From Tubulanus polymorphus (lineage: Eukaryota; Animalia; Nemertea): a stretch of 64,000 nt of DNA. The stretch is taken from the NCBI RefSeq assembly GCF_964204645.1, contig NC_134028.1:11827263-11891262 (forward strand). The letters are read 5' to 3'. Shown here one piece after another: positions 26,201 to 41,200 of this stretch. A program made the position numbers and the translations under genes. Within the stretch, counting starts at the first letter, position 1. Each line of letters starts with the position of its first letter. The notes beneath the pieces are model-generated. The model was not told the origin of the DNA and did not search any database. It saw nothing but the letters and a program-made list of their open reading frames with translations.

Positions 26201-29200
26201 TTGAAATCTAACCCGGATCTTCGAATGCTCATCGCACTGCGAAAATGAGCTAATTACCGCAGTAAACCGATTCTTCTCCGAAACGATGCGGAGCAATTTG
26301 ACAATAACAATCACATTTTGCCACATGTCATAATATTTTCACAAGAATGATTTAAAACAATGTATTTTAAAACGAATGAACTTTATTTTGATTCTTGTAA
26401 CAAATTAAGAAGCTGCTCTCCTACTACGAAATAATCGTGCGCCATGCGTAGATAAAATCAATAACACAGCTACTCTCATACACACACACACACACGCGCG
26501 CGCGCTAGTAAGCGCCGTTTATCGCCTGACCCACGTACACAGTATATATAGCAACGCACTCATCCACCGCGCGTGTGCATATAAATTCCCCACCTATTCA
26601 ATTCTGTTCTACCAAGTCATCATATTGTGTTACAATGCGCTGGCGGGTGGAAAATCAGACATCGCCGAAAAAGGAAAAAAAAAATCGGAATTTTATATAC
26701 CCGATCGTATCGTCGGAATTTCTTCACGCAAATCGGGAGAATTCCGAATAATTCGGGAGGGTTGGCAGCCCTGCTCAGATTGAGATGATGGATCTGAAGC
26801 GAACTCGGCATCAGAGGTGACAATTACCAGACACCTTTTTCGATTCTACATAGATGTCGGTAGCTGACGGAACTTCACAATAGCGGGTCACAAAGCAGTC
26901 AGTGTTGAGCCAAAGATTGTTAAAAATTAATTCTGGCGTCATTTACGGCAAAATCAAGTAAATGAACAATATGACTACTTTTAATTAACTAAATTGATAA
27001 AATAAGCAACGGATTCCGATGAAATTAAATAGGGTTAGAGCTTTTATTACTGCATTGAATGTTTTAAAAGATCCGGAGAGAAACTAAGCCACGTTTGGAA
27101 GTTATTTTGTACCTAAGGAAAAATTCATATGCGATAACAAAATGGACTTTGCTAAAGCGAATGTCCATAAAAAGCCTACTTGTAAATTCGTTGTACAATT
27201 CCGCTCATGTGTTTATGTTAATAGATCAAGATGACGTCAAACTACATCGCTAAAAATCCCCAAAAACGACATTTTTACCAAATTTAGGCTTCATCAATAG
27301 CCTTCAAAAGCAGTCGCCACTTAGCCGCTATTATAACAGCCAACTTAATGCAGACCTTGGCCTGTGAATCATTTCACACTCGGAGGAGATAGCGGTCGAC
27401 AAAAATTCAACACTCCATTTAATACTAAAATTTGATACCTTGTCTCTCCACTCTTTGCTGAGCTTAAAAGTTGACTCAGCCAGCCACCTATCTACCCTGT
27501 ACATTACTTTTTTAAACCATGATCAATGATATTTTACTATAACAGACCCGGCAGTTTCAGAAATGAACCGATTACAATGTTTATAACATTTTACAACTAG
27601 AAAGATTCTTTCTGTGTGGTCGGGTAAGCAACTAACTCAAAATTCATATGAATTATCTATCTATTCTCATACTACAGTAGATCAGTTCGACATAAAGAAT
27701 TTGTACATGTGAGCGATATTTATCCACCAGATAAAATCGACAGTCCACGTTCCCCCGTAGTATCATTCTACTAGCAATGCAGTTTAAACCACGTCGTACG
27801 AGAAAGCTCGAGGATCATGGCTACCCTGCTACGTAACCGTCTCATCATAAACCTTAGCGTCAAGCAGTTAGCGCAAATAACAAAAAGAAAATTTCTTTCT
27901 TTTATAACTTACATAATTCTGCCATCAATGACTTCTTCTGAAGTAAAATAGAATATGGTGATAGCACACCGTGCATCTGCATCAAATGTGAATTCAATGT
28001 TATACTTTGTCTGTGGTTCTGTACTGTCTTCAGGTTTCATCGTATGATTCTGCGATCTAAAGAAAGAAATGCAGAACCCAATAGGCCTATTACGTTGAAA
28101 GAATTACGCTGCCAGTTAGTGATTCTTTCCCATGTAGAAATTGATCATATGACCAATCCACTTATCTAAAAACGTCTGAATTGCTTGGGATTCAAAACCA
28201 CTCACACCGTTATAATAAATTGCCCATGGATGGTTTACCTTGAAAATTTGGGCTTGTTTGCAAGGCATTATCTTTTTCTAAGTTCAGAGTTCAATAAAAT
28301 TGGACTTTTCCACCAGAATATTGAATACACCGGGCAGGTATAGTTTGCCAATTATATGCTTAGTATATTTAGGGCACAAGTTAATCAACAATGTTTCATC
28401 AAAAAATTCTATGAAACTGAAAACACAGAGCTTATCTTCTGCTCTTAAAGTTGTAATGATTGTTCATGATTAATAAAGCTTCTTTTATAAACTAGAAAAA
28501 AATTTGCCATTACGGGTTTCGGCATAATGGACTTTGAACTTGCAAATAGAATGGAAATAACTAGATTGAGGGGATGCATGTTTAATCCATGCTATCAAGG
28601 TAGAACATCAGTTAAGTATATTACCATGGACCACTGTATACAGTCAGCTCTCAACAAAATCGCCAGGACCTCTTGACAAATTCCAAGAATTGGCCATGCA
28701 GTACATGGGATACAAGCTTCACATCTATGATTCAACACGGGTGGTTAGAAGCTGTTCAGACTGAACCTTAAGGCCAACTGCTAGCTGTACCCTGAGAGGG
28801 CCTATAGCTAGTCCCACGATTGACCAAGTGGAACAGAAAAATAAATTGCCCATGGGCAAAGAAGCTTACCTTGAAAACTCGAGCCTATTTGGAGCAAGGG
28901 CATTGCTTATGAAAAATCTTTTTAATTCTTGACGTCTAAGTTCTATTTTCTAATTTCATCTTTTTCAAAGAATTATTTCGTCTTCAAATAAGGCCAAAAG
29001 TATACATTTGCTTTATGGTCCATGTCAAGAATTTGCTAGGGTACAGATAGGTAGGGTAGGTAAATGTGATGGGTCATGCATTCATATCAAATAATATCAA
29101 AGCTCTATTGATGACCAAAATTTTCAATTTAAGAATCGAAAGTCAGCCATCTTGAATGACATTATAACCTACCCTTTTTTCATGTGATAGGTCATGCTAG

Positions 29201-32200
29201 GTCACGCCAGTTGATATATGAAATAAGTTGGCCCAATCTGGAAAAATCTTTGATAATGACCAAAATGTATAATTTCAGAATTAAAGATGGCAACCAGTCA
29301 ACGATATTGGACCAAGTTGATGACCAAAATGTATAATTTCAGAATGAAAGATGGCCACCCGCCAACCATATTGGATATTTTGTCAATTTGAAGATGATTC
29401 ATCAAAAATTCTGGTCTGTAGGGTGTTCGCAAGAAATCTGATGCACCAACACATGAATGCCAGACCACCATTGAGACACGGGTACAGTATAAGCCCGGAT
29501 GGCCTACGGACAAGCTGAATGATATGAGCTAAAAATGAAATGATTACGACAACTAAATTTCTATCTAAAACATTTTTGAAATTTACAGTATTCTAAGAAA
29601 AGGCCTATTTCAAATTTCTTTGATCTTACAATATGATCTAACAATATCGATTATATCTCACAGGGCTTGTGTGATTTATGACGTGACATACACGTAATTT
29701 ATCTGCTGCAGTCGCTACAGTTCCAACGCCACTCTGGCTTCACTTGATGATACCCTGAAATTGACTTTATCATACACCCTTTGATAACCCTCAAGGCACT
29801 CAGTAAGGAATTCATTCCCTGCTTCAAGAAATGCTTGGGCTGCTCAGACACCGTCAAAATCAGTGTCTATAACCTGCAAATAGTTGTATGTTGCTATAAC
29901 CTGCAAAAAGTGATTCAAATGTCTGCCTTTGCATTAATGTAGGTAAGGTCCATTCATTAAAGACGTGGACATTAAAGACTGCTGCTACATTTCTAAACTT
30001 TCATTTGCGAAGTCCAAGATGGCCACCAACCCCTGCCCATTAGGCCATTTAAACCCAGTACAAAATACATGGACATCAGGGATCGATCTAAGGAATGGAA
30101 TAAAAGGTAGGTAAGGTCCATTCATTAAAGACGTGGACACACACTGCTGCTAAATTTCTAAACTTTCATTTGCAAAGTCCAAGATGGCCACCAACCCCTG
30201 CCCATTAGGCCATTTAAACCCAGTACAAAATACATGGGGACATCAGGGACCAATCTAAGGAATGGAATAAAAGTCATTTGCCTGGGATGCAAGCATATCT
30301 GATATGTCACTTGCCCCTTCAAAAATCTACTTGCTGTTCTATCAATAAAGAACAAGAACCCCAAAGGGCACTATCGCCAGCCTGTCAGCTTTTCATAAAA
30401 AGGCAAATGATGCGTATATTTGTCAAAATACACTTCCAGCTCAATACCTATAATTCACACAGTTCAATTGTGTTTTCATAAGTAGCACAGACAGGGAGCT
30501 GGCAGGAACAAATACCTCAGATCCCCTTGTCTTATCGATTTGAATGTGGAATTGAATTGAATTTTCTGAAACTTTCTCAATAAAACAGAATTGAATTGGA
30601 TTTGATATATTATTTGTTCAATAAAGTAAACATGAATTGCATTTGATATTTATTTGGAAAATAAAATTTGAATTTTTTGAATTTTCCCGGACTGAATAAT
30701 TGTCAATGATATTTTCTGTAGTGCAAATAAAAATATTCCTCCCAAAAACCAAATCAGGTAAAAATTTCACAGAAATCGATCTTGAAATACAATCTAAAAT
30801 CTTAAAATAAAACCCAGAGGTAAAACACTAGATGATACCACAGTCAAATGGCCTAAGCTCTGGAAACCATGTCATTTAAATTCGCTCCATTTGCATAGTA
30901 ATAGGCTCAGGCTATGGCTGGCCTAAAAAAAACTTGTCCCAGGCAAAATCGGACAATCGCTTAGATGGGACCCTGGGCCATTGGGAAAAATTGCTTTTGC
31001 TGATGTAGATAGAGGACTTAGAGGACATTTCTTTAAATAGAGGACATAAGAGGACACTTTTCCTAATTAGAAGATTTAGAGGAAATCTGGCAGCCCTGCG
31101 TTCAGATTTTCACAAAAAACCTTGTAAATTTTAAAGAGGCGCTTTTCAAAATTTCAGCTCCCTAGGATTCGGAGAGTGGATAATGATTTAATGACTGATT
31201 TGTATGAATATATTATCATTCGCAAGAACCTTTTTATCTTTCAGAATTCAGGCTAAAGATTACCTTTATGGGCACAAGAGAAAATACCACAAAGTGTCTC
31301 TGCTGCTGTACCGGAGGGAATTTAGGGTTTATAGGAGTATATTTGAAACTTCATAGAATAGTTACCAAGGTATCTGACACAGAAAATTTATATAGCATGT
31401 TGTTGATAACTTTTGGGCCAACAATGTAGACATAAATAATTTGGATATAAGTCAACTTGAGGTCAAGGTCACATACTCCAAGATGGCGGCCATGAAAAAA
31501 ATTCACGAAAAAGTTTCTGATAAACTGCTCTGTCTCCCAGAAAAATGCACTGGTCTATTCAATTCCAACTGAAATTGTATGCCATATATCCTTACTTTAT
31601 GTAGTAAAAATTTCAAAGTAATAGAACAACTAAAAAATTCATTTTTCCACTCATTTACCAACTTCTCCACCGATATGTCGGAAGCCGGATGTAAGGGGTT
31701 TCATTGGGGTATAATTTCAGGCCTCAGAAAATTGTTACCTATGTATTTGACACTGATACATTGTATACGATGGTGTTGATAACCATTGGGCTTACAAATA
31801 AGACAAATTATTTGGATATATGTGACCTTGAGGATGGAGAGTTTCTGGTTCTTCATTACTTTTATTGGTTTCCGTTGCCATGACAACTGTTTCAACAGGG
31901 TCTAAAAAAATTGTCACTGATTTCATTTTCATCATCAAAATCATTGCCGGCACTATAAACCTATTTTCTGACTAAGTTTCATCATCTGAACTGCTGCTAT
32001 CATATTCGTTGTCACTCTCACTTTGTTCACTACCAAATTCCAAGTCACAAGCATCACTGTCAGCATCATATACAAGCTACTGAACCGTTTCATCCAGCCA
32101 AATTGTTTTTTCCTGGCTGTTGCCATCTTGGATTTTATGCAGATGGCAGCACCGGCTTATACTGATAGATATATAAGTGATACCGTATCACATACGGTAC

Positions 32201-35200
32201 GGGTATGCTAGCTTGCCAATTTGTACCGTATGCCATACGGTAGTGGTATTGTAAGGGTTAAGACAGCCAGTGTAACCGATGGACCTATTATTTCTTGAGA
32301 CCATGGCCCTAGGAAGATATATCTGAACATTATGTATGTGCGTACATCATACATACATACATCATACATACATACATTTAACATACATACATACATACAT
32401 ATAACATACATACGTACATATATACCGTAAAAAACGGCGTATAAGTCTACGCGGCGTATAAGTCGAGGTCGATTTTTAGACCTACATTTCATGATTTTAA
32501 CATATATCCGGCTTATAAGTCGAGTCCCTTTTCTTAGAAGAATAATTACTTGTATCATATTAAATAGTTTGTTTTGATAACGATGTGCGCCTTCACGCAC
32601 GCCGCCGCGCGTCAGCCTGATTGCTGTAGTGCGTTAATCAATAGACTGTTACACACACACTCAGGTATAATACACTACTATACAGTGATACAGTAGTGTG
32701 AGTCACACGCTATATATAGCCTAATGTATTAAGCGCTGCTATAAGCGCGCATATATGAATACATCGTTTTAAATGAAGCTGTGTCAAAATGAAAGACATT
32801 TTTTTTCATTAAATAAATTTATTTATCATGAATAATTATTCAAACTGTTATAGCAGTGAGAAGATGAACACTGTCTTTTTTGTCTGGTAGAATCAATATT
32901 TCTTGTGACCTGAAAATACTTAGTAGAAAACTGTACTCGGCGTATAAGTCGAGGTCAATAATTAAGTGGTAAAATCAAGGGTTAAAAACTCGACTTATAC
33001 GCCGGTTTTTACGGTACATGCGTACATCATACTTACATACATGCATCATACATACATAAATTTACTTACTTCACAAACCGAAGTGAATCTTTACGGATAT
33101 TTACTAGACTTCTTAGAGTTTTTGTTGGTTCATTTCCTTGAGGAGCTGGGTATGGAAACTGAAATAATAAATCAAAAATAGCTGCACGGCAGTGATAATG
33201 AGTTTTCTGCAGGATCAAGTGTAGCCCATATTAAAAAGCTTTTGTTTTAATGATAGATAATTTTATAAAATTACATAATGATCATTCTTGAGAAATCAGC
33301 TGCAATGAGTGATGGATTACTGAGATATAAGTGATGGAAAGTGTAACTGAGGGAATTTCCAAATTGCTTAGTTCATCTGACACCTGTGTGAATGGCGCTG
33401 ATGATGACATAATAGAGGCAATACGCTGAATTCAAGCCAGTGTGAACTTCAAGTATCTGTTGATATTCATGGTATTCAAAGTTTTAGTTATCCCTTCTTA
33501 TCTTATAGGACCTGCTTTTTAAGCATAGTACATATCAGAATGTGAGAAACTCAACTGATACTGTTAGAATCTCGTCTCATGTTTGCTTTGTTGGCTACCA
33601 CGCTACTGTGCCAATTGAGGATAAAACAAGAGGTCCATGGACCTCGAGACTTCCTCGAGATAATGATTTAATGATTTAATCGGAAGTTCCCGCCTCGCCA
33701 AGCAGGCTGGATCAAAACGTATCAATTACAATTACATGTATAACAATTAATACATGTCACCACTTGTGCTATATGTACTTTAGAATTCGATACTGTCTTA
33801 ATTTTTAAAATGATGCTTGTTTTCTTGGCTATTTATTTTCTTAAGGATCTGCAGGAGCTGAAACTTTTCGCTGGTAATTCCTTTTGAGGTTGTGTATGAT
33901 GCTCTATCCTAAAACCCGTTTAATCAAACTGCACATCAATGAATACCTCTTAAAAGCAGATGAATAACAGCCACAGCAGTAAGAAATCACTTGATAACCT
34001 ATATCTGCTCGCAAAATCCCCAAAGGGCCAGAGTAGTAATCACCTAACCGTAGGTGATGTTAACAGATTACGTCTAGTAGAGTCAAGTGAAGAAGATGCC
34101 GATATGTATCATGTGACAGTAAGTGATATTATTTACGTTCTAGTTTTCAGTGCCATTATAATAATTTACCAATTTACGTAGGTGACTGGAGATGTAGAAA
34201 GGGGACATAAAACTGTGTCCACTTATGGGGGTGTAATAGTATTCTTGACTGGTGATCTTAAACGGTTACTGGAAACGTATGTGCAAAAGATATTGCCTCT
34301 CGTCGTGCACAACGTGCGTAAAGAAACTCCCCTCTGGGTGAGTTTCATGGGGACAAAATTGCAGAAAATGAGCATGTAATGTAAAATCAAGCTGATGTAA
34401 GTCGATTCAGCATATGATATATACCTCTTATATTTTTGTTTGTAATTTGAGAATGTAATTTTTTAGTCATCGAATCAACCGCGAAACATCGTTACCGTAA
34501 AGCCGAAGCAGGTGGTGGAAACCAGAGAAGACGTGCCACATGAGCGAGTAAATTCTAACCTTTCTACTACATACTAAGCAATATCATAAAATGTGCACGT
34601 GTTAATAAAACCTTTGCTTTTAGGCCGCTGTCATAAGTACGGAAACCCTAAGCATGCATGATGCGATGGCTACGAATGACTCGGACAGCGACATTATACC
34701 GCCAACCCTTAGTTCCCTAACCCGAAACCGATGACATTCGAAGAGCTGCAGGATATCGACAGGATGTTTCGCCAAGTAACTGCCGTTGAAAAAAGTAGAA
34801 TTAGAGATGTAGTTAATTCTAATCGAGTTTTAAGGGCATTAGCAGAAAAATATAACACAAACGAAAAACCTGATTCAGGATTTATGAAGATCTACGAAAG
34901 GGTAAAGAATAATGTCAAGAAATCTAAAAAACATCAGACTAACCCAAAATGCATGATATGAATTCAGTAGAATAACCTGTAGATTAAAACGTAGATAAGA
35001 ACGTTAACACATAGATAAGCAACGTTTATTTTTTTAACACTATGGTGGTAGCGATAACTAATGATTTAAGTTTTTAGACAACACTAACACGTAGATAAGC
35101 AACGTTTACACATAGATAAGCAACGTTTTATGCTTAGGTTTTTAGACAACACTTACAGTGGCATTATTACTATTCATGGAATCAGTAAATATATCTATTT

Positions 35201-38200
35201 TCACGTTTTTATTGTTAACAACAACATTTATATTCATTTACACGTGTGCAATTATTTTCCATTCATATTGTTTTGCATGATTTTGTTGTATCGGCGTGGC
35301 AATGGTGCCCGGCTCTAAACTGCAAAACAAGACTTGAAGTGGATTTTTACTAGAGGACCCCTTCTAAATATCAATGAAGTTTTAAAGCCATAGGCCTACC
35401 ATAAAGTGTCAGCAAGATCCCCTGAAAATGGTTCCAAGCAGGTCTCGACTTAAGTATTTTCATCTTTTTTGACATTTTTCATCGAACTTTTCAGGGGTGG
35501 CAACTTTCAACGGGAACCCCTAGCGAATGGTCTAAATACTCCCCCCGTACTATAGGACCCTGTCGACGGATCCAAGACGTTTCAGGGTACGAGGGGTACT
35601 ATAAAAGGTCGGGCGGACCTCCTAAAAAGGGTTCCACGGAGGTCTCGACTTGGTCGTTTTTCACGGGTTCTCGACTTAGTCATTTGCAATGTGCTAATTT
35701 TTTCTTACACTAAGTCTAGCAAACAGATCACCATTTTAGAACATCCCCCAGAAAGGACCTTGCTTCATAGAGGCTATGGATGCTTAACCCCAGATTTGGG
35801 GGCGTAGTGGGGCTAAAACCCGATTTTGGGACTTGGGGCCAACACGTTTGCGGGTGTATTAAGTCGTTTTTAGTTTTACGATTCCCTGGACACATGCATT
35901 GGAAAGAGGAAGATTTGCTCTTCTGCAGATACCTTTATGTGTCGCAATATCATTAATAATCATAATAATGATCCCTGAAGTAGGGTTTCACAGGCCAACG
36001 ATGGGTACTATAGCCAACAATTTGGCCTAGGGTCCCTTTGATGTTGGCCCCATGTACCTTACCCGAAGGGACATGAGGCCAACTGGCCCAATGTACCATT
36101 TGTAGGCCTCCGGTACCCGACCGTGGTACAATCCGAAACAGCGGCAGTTCTATCTGCTTCCCAAAATCCATAAAGAACGCGAGAAGTGGATGGTACCCGA
36201 TCGTGTACCACCGGGGAGACCGATCGTCTCCGACTGCGGCTCCGAAACCTACGAAATTTCGGAATGGATCGACTACTACTTGCAGCCAATCGCCCGGAGT
36301 CACCCGTCGTACGTCAAAGATACCAACCACTTTTTAGATATTTTGGCCGGTTAACAATTTAGCGCTGATGTGTTACTCGTCACCATGGACATCGATTTGC
36401 TATACACCAACATCCCCCACGAAGAGGGTATTACCAGCATCCAACAAGCTCTCCGAGATAACCCAAACCCGGGACGCCCGGATGCCGAGCTGCTGAAACT
36501 ACTCGAAATCAGCCTGAAGAAAAACGACTTTAACTTTAACGAAAACACATATCTACAGGTAAAAGGTACCGCAATGGGTAAGCCTTTTGCTCCTTCATAT
36601 GCCAATATCTTTGTAGCTGAATGGGAAAAAGGTCTGTCCAGAAGCGAACTCCAACCATCGCTATACGCTCGGTTCATCGATGATATCTACATGGTTTGGG
36701 GTTATTCCCGCGTACTGATTGAATAAGAAACATTATAAATAAGCAATAGGCTTTCAGTATCATAATTTGTTTTTGACTTACAGGAACTGGACGTTTTCCT
36801 AAGAAATTTAAATCCTGATTTTCACCAAATAAGTACGCTTCCGGTTGTATAGTGTCAAATCTTTCTCCACCCATGATGAAATGACTACCAAAATAGTTAC
36901 CTGAAATATAATGTTACACCTTCATTAAAGCCAAATAATAATTGATCACCTATAGAAAGACAATGGTACGATAACCACACTCGAATGCGGTGAACAGATG
37001 ATAAGATAAAAACCCACTATTTCAAAATTAAAAGAAATCTAAAATCGGGAATTTATTTATTGAAACAATCTAAAATATAAGAACACGACGTTTCGACCTC
37101 ACACTAGAGATCATCGTCAGGTCAAGACAAGTTTGATCTAAACTAGGGTACCAGGGATGCAATACCTTTGTGGGCAGGCTTAGTTTGAAATGCTCCACAA
37201 TCTGACAATCTGCCAATTTCAATACATAATATAGCTGCACAGTAGCGATAATGGGTTATCAGTATTGATGTTTCTGTTACTCCGGAGAAATAAGTAGTAC
37301 AGTCTGAATATGAATAAGTACATTGCTTCCTCAGAAATCCTCCGGACCCTGATCCCTAAGTGTGTATGAGAGATTACCACTGGCACTAGAATAGTGAGGC
37401 GAACACCACTTGCTATTTCAGATCTAAATACAGTTACAGGCTTAGAAAAGGGCGTACAGGTAATGTATTACTCTTCCACAAAAATGGTCTAGAGCCACAG
37501 AAATGACTGTAGTGTATATAAATGTTGTGTTTATTTGGTGTGTAATGTAAAGATTAATCAGGTATGAATGTATAGTGTGTGTGTGATATAAATATGGTTG
37601 TGTGGGATGTATGGTCAGTGTGGGTTGGCATAGGTAGCCTGTCCAGATGACTGCACCCTTGTGAATGAAAGGGGTATGAAGACTCTGTTGTACAAGAGCC
37701 CCAAGGGGTTAAATGGAGAGCAGAGAGATGCGCAACTTAGAAAATTCGAAGGAAGTGTGGAGAACAGAGTTTGAGAAAATAGAGCGGATAGAGCGAGACT
37801 CAAACCCGGGCCAGTAAATTACTAGCGCAGCGTCTCCCCACTAGACCACTGAGCTCGCTGAAAACCACCCGAATGTTTTAACTACATATAGCCTCACCTT
37901 ACCCTAAACGTATCCCTAGTTGTGAAACGGAACCCTCTGGACCCTCTTCTCACCCTCTTGACACTAAACCTATCGAAACCCTAACCCTTCACCCAATAAA
38001 AATGATTTTATGCCGTTTCGTTTTGGAAGTTTTATATAAATCCCTGTAGGTCACCTTGTCTATCATGCCACATGTATGCAATACAGAGAAATGGCGATTA
38101 ATGGCGAAAATTTGTGGAATAAATAATTAATTTCTCAAAACAATGTTGATTAATTGCTCAAAACATAAAACATACATAAAATTTGATTATTTCAAAAGGT

Positions 38201-41200
38201 GAATTAGTTCGTGAATTAATTGTGGACTCAAGTCAATAGAAAGTATATTTTTGAAGTGTTACTTTTTTCAACCGTGTTTTGACCCTTGTCATCCCTAACA
38301 TTGGTATAAGCCCATAAAAGGCTTACCACCAACAATTAGGTAACTAACTAGTTTTCAGCGAGCTTTCTCTAGGTCTTCTTCTTCTTCCAAATAACTGTCA
38401 GCATCAACAGGTTGATGAAACAACAGTGTATGGGTGTGCGCAAATATATATACATATATATACAGACAATAGTAATGATTATAGTAATAAAATGGTAATA
38501 ATGATAATAATAATATTAATAATGGTTTTAAGCTAAGCAGTGTGGGATAAGAGGGACTTAAATGCTTCAATGCTCTCCGCTGACACAGTATCTGCAGGTA
38601 GAGCGTTCCAATCTTGAACTGTTCTGGTATAGAAGGATTGTCATCTGACTTCCGTGCGGGAGAACTTGACTTGGAAAGGAAAGAGTGTGAGTCATTAGTT
38701 TTGCGGACAGGTGGAACCAAGCCTGTACTTGTATCAACCAAAGTGTGTTCGTTGGTGAGCTTATACAATAGTGTGAGTCTGGACTGTCTTCTTCTGTCCT
38801 GTAGTGACTGCCATTGTAGATGGGACAACATATCTGTTACACTGGATCTATTGTGGAAACGATTAGTGACATACCTTGCAGCTCGATGTTGGATCATTTC
38901 CAATCGGTGTATGTCAGTCTGGAGGTATGGGTCCCAGACACTGCTCCCATATTCTACTATGGGTCTGACAGTGATCTGTAAGCTGTGTCCTTCACATGTA
39001 TCGAGTTTATGTTAACATTTCTTTTCAGGAATCCAATGGTTCGATTTGCCTTGTCGCAAAGTTCTTCAATATGGGGTGTCCATTTTAAATTGTTGGTGAT
39101 GGTTACGATTCTAGGACAGTTGCCCCCCGGATAATTGCCCCACGAATAAAATCCTTTTTGATTTGGATTAACACCACCTAAATACTTTACCAAGAAATTC
39201 ATTTGTATAATATTGAAAATGGATTTATAAGATATTATAGAATTACTGATGTTGTGTGCAGATAAAAAACTTTAAATCATTCCTTGTGTAATTATAATTC
39301 ACTGACCTAATTAAAGGAAACTTAATAAGTCCACTTACTAGTGCATTAGTTAACGTTGGCTGATTCATTGGAATTAGTTTTAGTGTTACCTAGCCAATCA
39401 AAAACTTTAAAGCAGTCCTAGAGTAATTAGCTAGAATTAGTTCACTTTGTCTAATTAATTTGAAGTAAATATCTGTGTTACTTTAAGATTAAAAAGATTT
39501 AATTTGGAGGGTAATTGTCCAGGGGGCAATTGTTCTAGGATCTGTATTACTTAAAGATTAAAAAGATTTGATTTGGGGGCAATTGTCCAGGGTGCAATTG
39601 TTTTGATACTGATGGTTACACCTAGGTACTTTGCTGTCTGTACATGTGATAGGACATGGCCTCGAAGCTCATAAGTGTATTGGTAGGGACGTCCTCTTGT
39701 GATACTGAGTACATGGCACTTGTCTATATTATATTCCATGTTCCATCTAGTTTCCCATTCAGTGAGATCAAGGTCATGTTGCAGCACTTCTGCATGTTTC
39801 TGTGAGGAGACTACTAGGTAGGCGATGGTGTCATCAGCAAAAAGTCGTATTTAAGATGTTATATTCAGTGGTATATCATTTAAATGTAGAAAAGGAGTAA
39901 GCTTGGGCCTAAAACCGATCCTTGTGGAACTCCTGATTCAACATCCACTGTTTCAGATGACTCTCCTTCAATAATGACTGCCTGTTTTCTTCCTGAAAGG
40001 AATGCTTCAATCCATGCATTTGTTTTGCCCAAGACCCCATAGTGGTCAAGTTTGTGTACGAGTAGCTGGTGACTGACTTTATCAAAGGCTTTGCTGAAAT
40101 CCATTACTATGCAGTCCGTTTGTTTTCTGTTGTCTATGTTAGATGTTACATCATCAGTAAATCCGCCAGTTGCGTTTCGCAGGAAAGTCCTCAACGAAAA
40201 CCATGTTAGAGCGGATAGAGTATCCCTTGTTGTTCTCTGTGGTTCATGATGTTTGAGGTCATGATGTGTTCCATGATTTTACAACAGACACAAGTCAGTG
40301 ATATTGGGCGATAGTTGATTGCATTGTATTTGTCACCTTTTTTATAGACTTGGGTGACATTTGCATTCCTCCAGTCCTCTGGTACTTCTGAGTTACTATA
40401 GGATCTGCAATATATTTACATGAGGACGGGGCTACTTCTGTGGCAAGTTCTTTCAGGATCCGGGATTTGATGTTATCTGGTCCAGCTGCTTTCCCTGGTT
40501 TTAAATTTTTCAGCAACTGCTCTACTCCTCAAGTTTGTATATCTATATCCTCCATTTTTGGGAAGTTCCCATACATTTTAATATTGTGTCGGATTTCATC
40601 TTTAGTGATGCTGCTTTGTTTTGTGAAAGCAGACTTGAATTGTTGATAAAGAATGTTGGCTTTATCCTTGGATGTGTTGTATAGAATTTCATCATTTCCG
40701 AGTGGGGGAATGTTTGATCCCTTTGACCTTTGGTGTTTGACATAGGTCCAAATGCGTTTAAGTCCTCCAAATTGGCCGTGGTCGTTATTGTTACTTTGAG
40801 TGACAATATCCTCTATGTGTTTCCAATGGGCGCATCTGAGTTCTTTCTGTACAATTCTTTTTAATTCTTTATATTGTCGTCTATGAGTGTGATGACCAGA
40901 TTTTTTAAGTTTTCTGTGGAGTCTACTTCTTTTCCTGATAAGCCTACGTAAAGTTTGGTCAACCCAAGGCAGTCCATCTCTTTCCTTGGCAGTTTTTGTT
41001 GGGATATTCATCTTGACACTTTTTTCAAATTGAGTTTTGAAGGTGGACCACATAGATTCTGCTGATTTATTATTTTCATAAAGATTTTGGACATCACTGT
41101 AGGTTTTTATTCATATCCAGTTAAAGGAGTCCCAGTTTGCCTTGTCATAGAGGAATTTTCTGTGGAGTCTGTTTTAGACTATTTGGCTGGATGTCAATTT

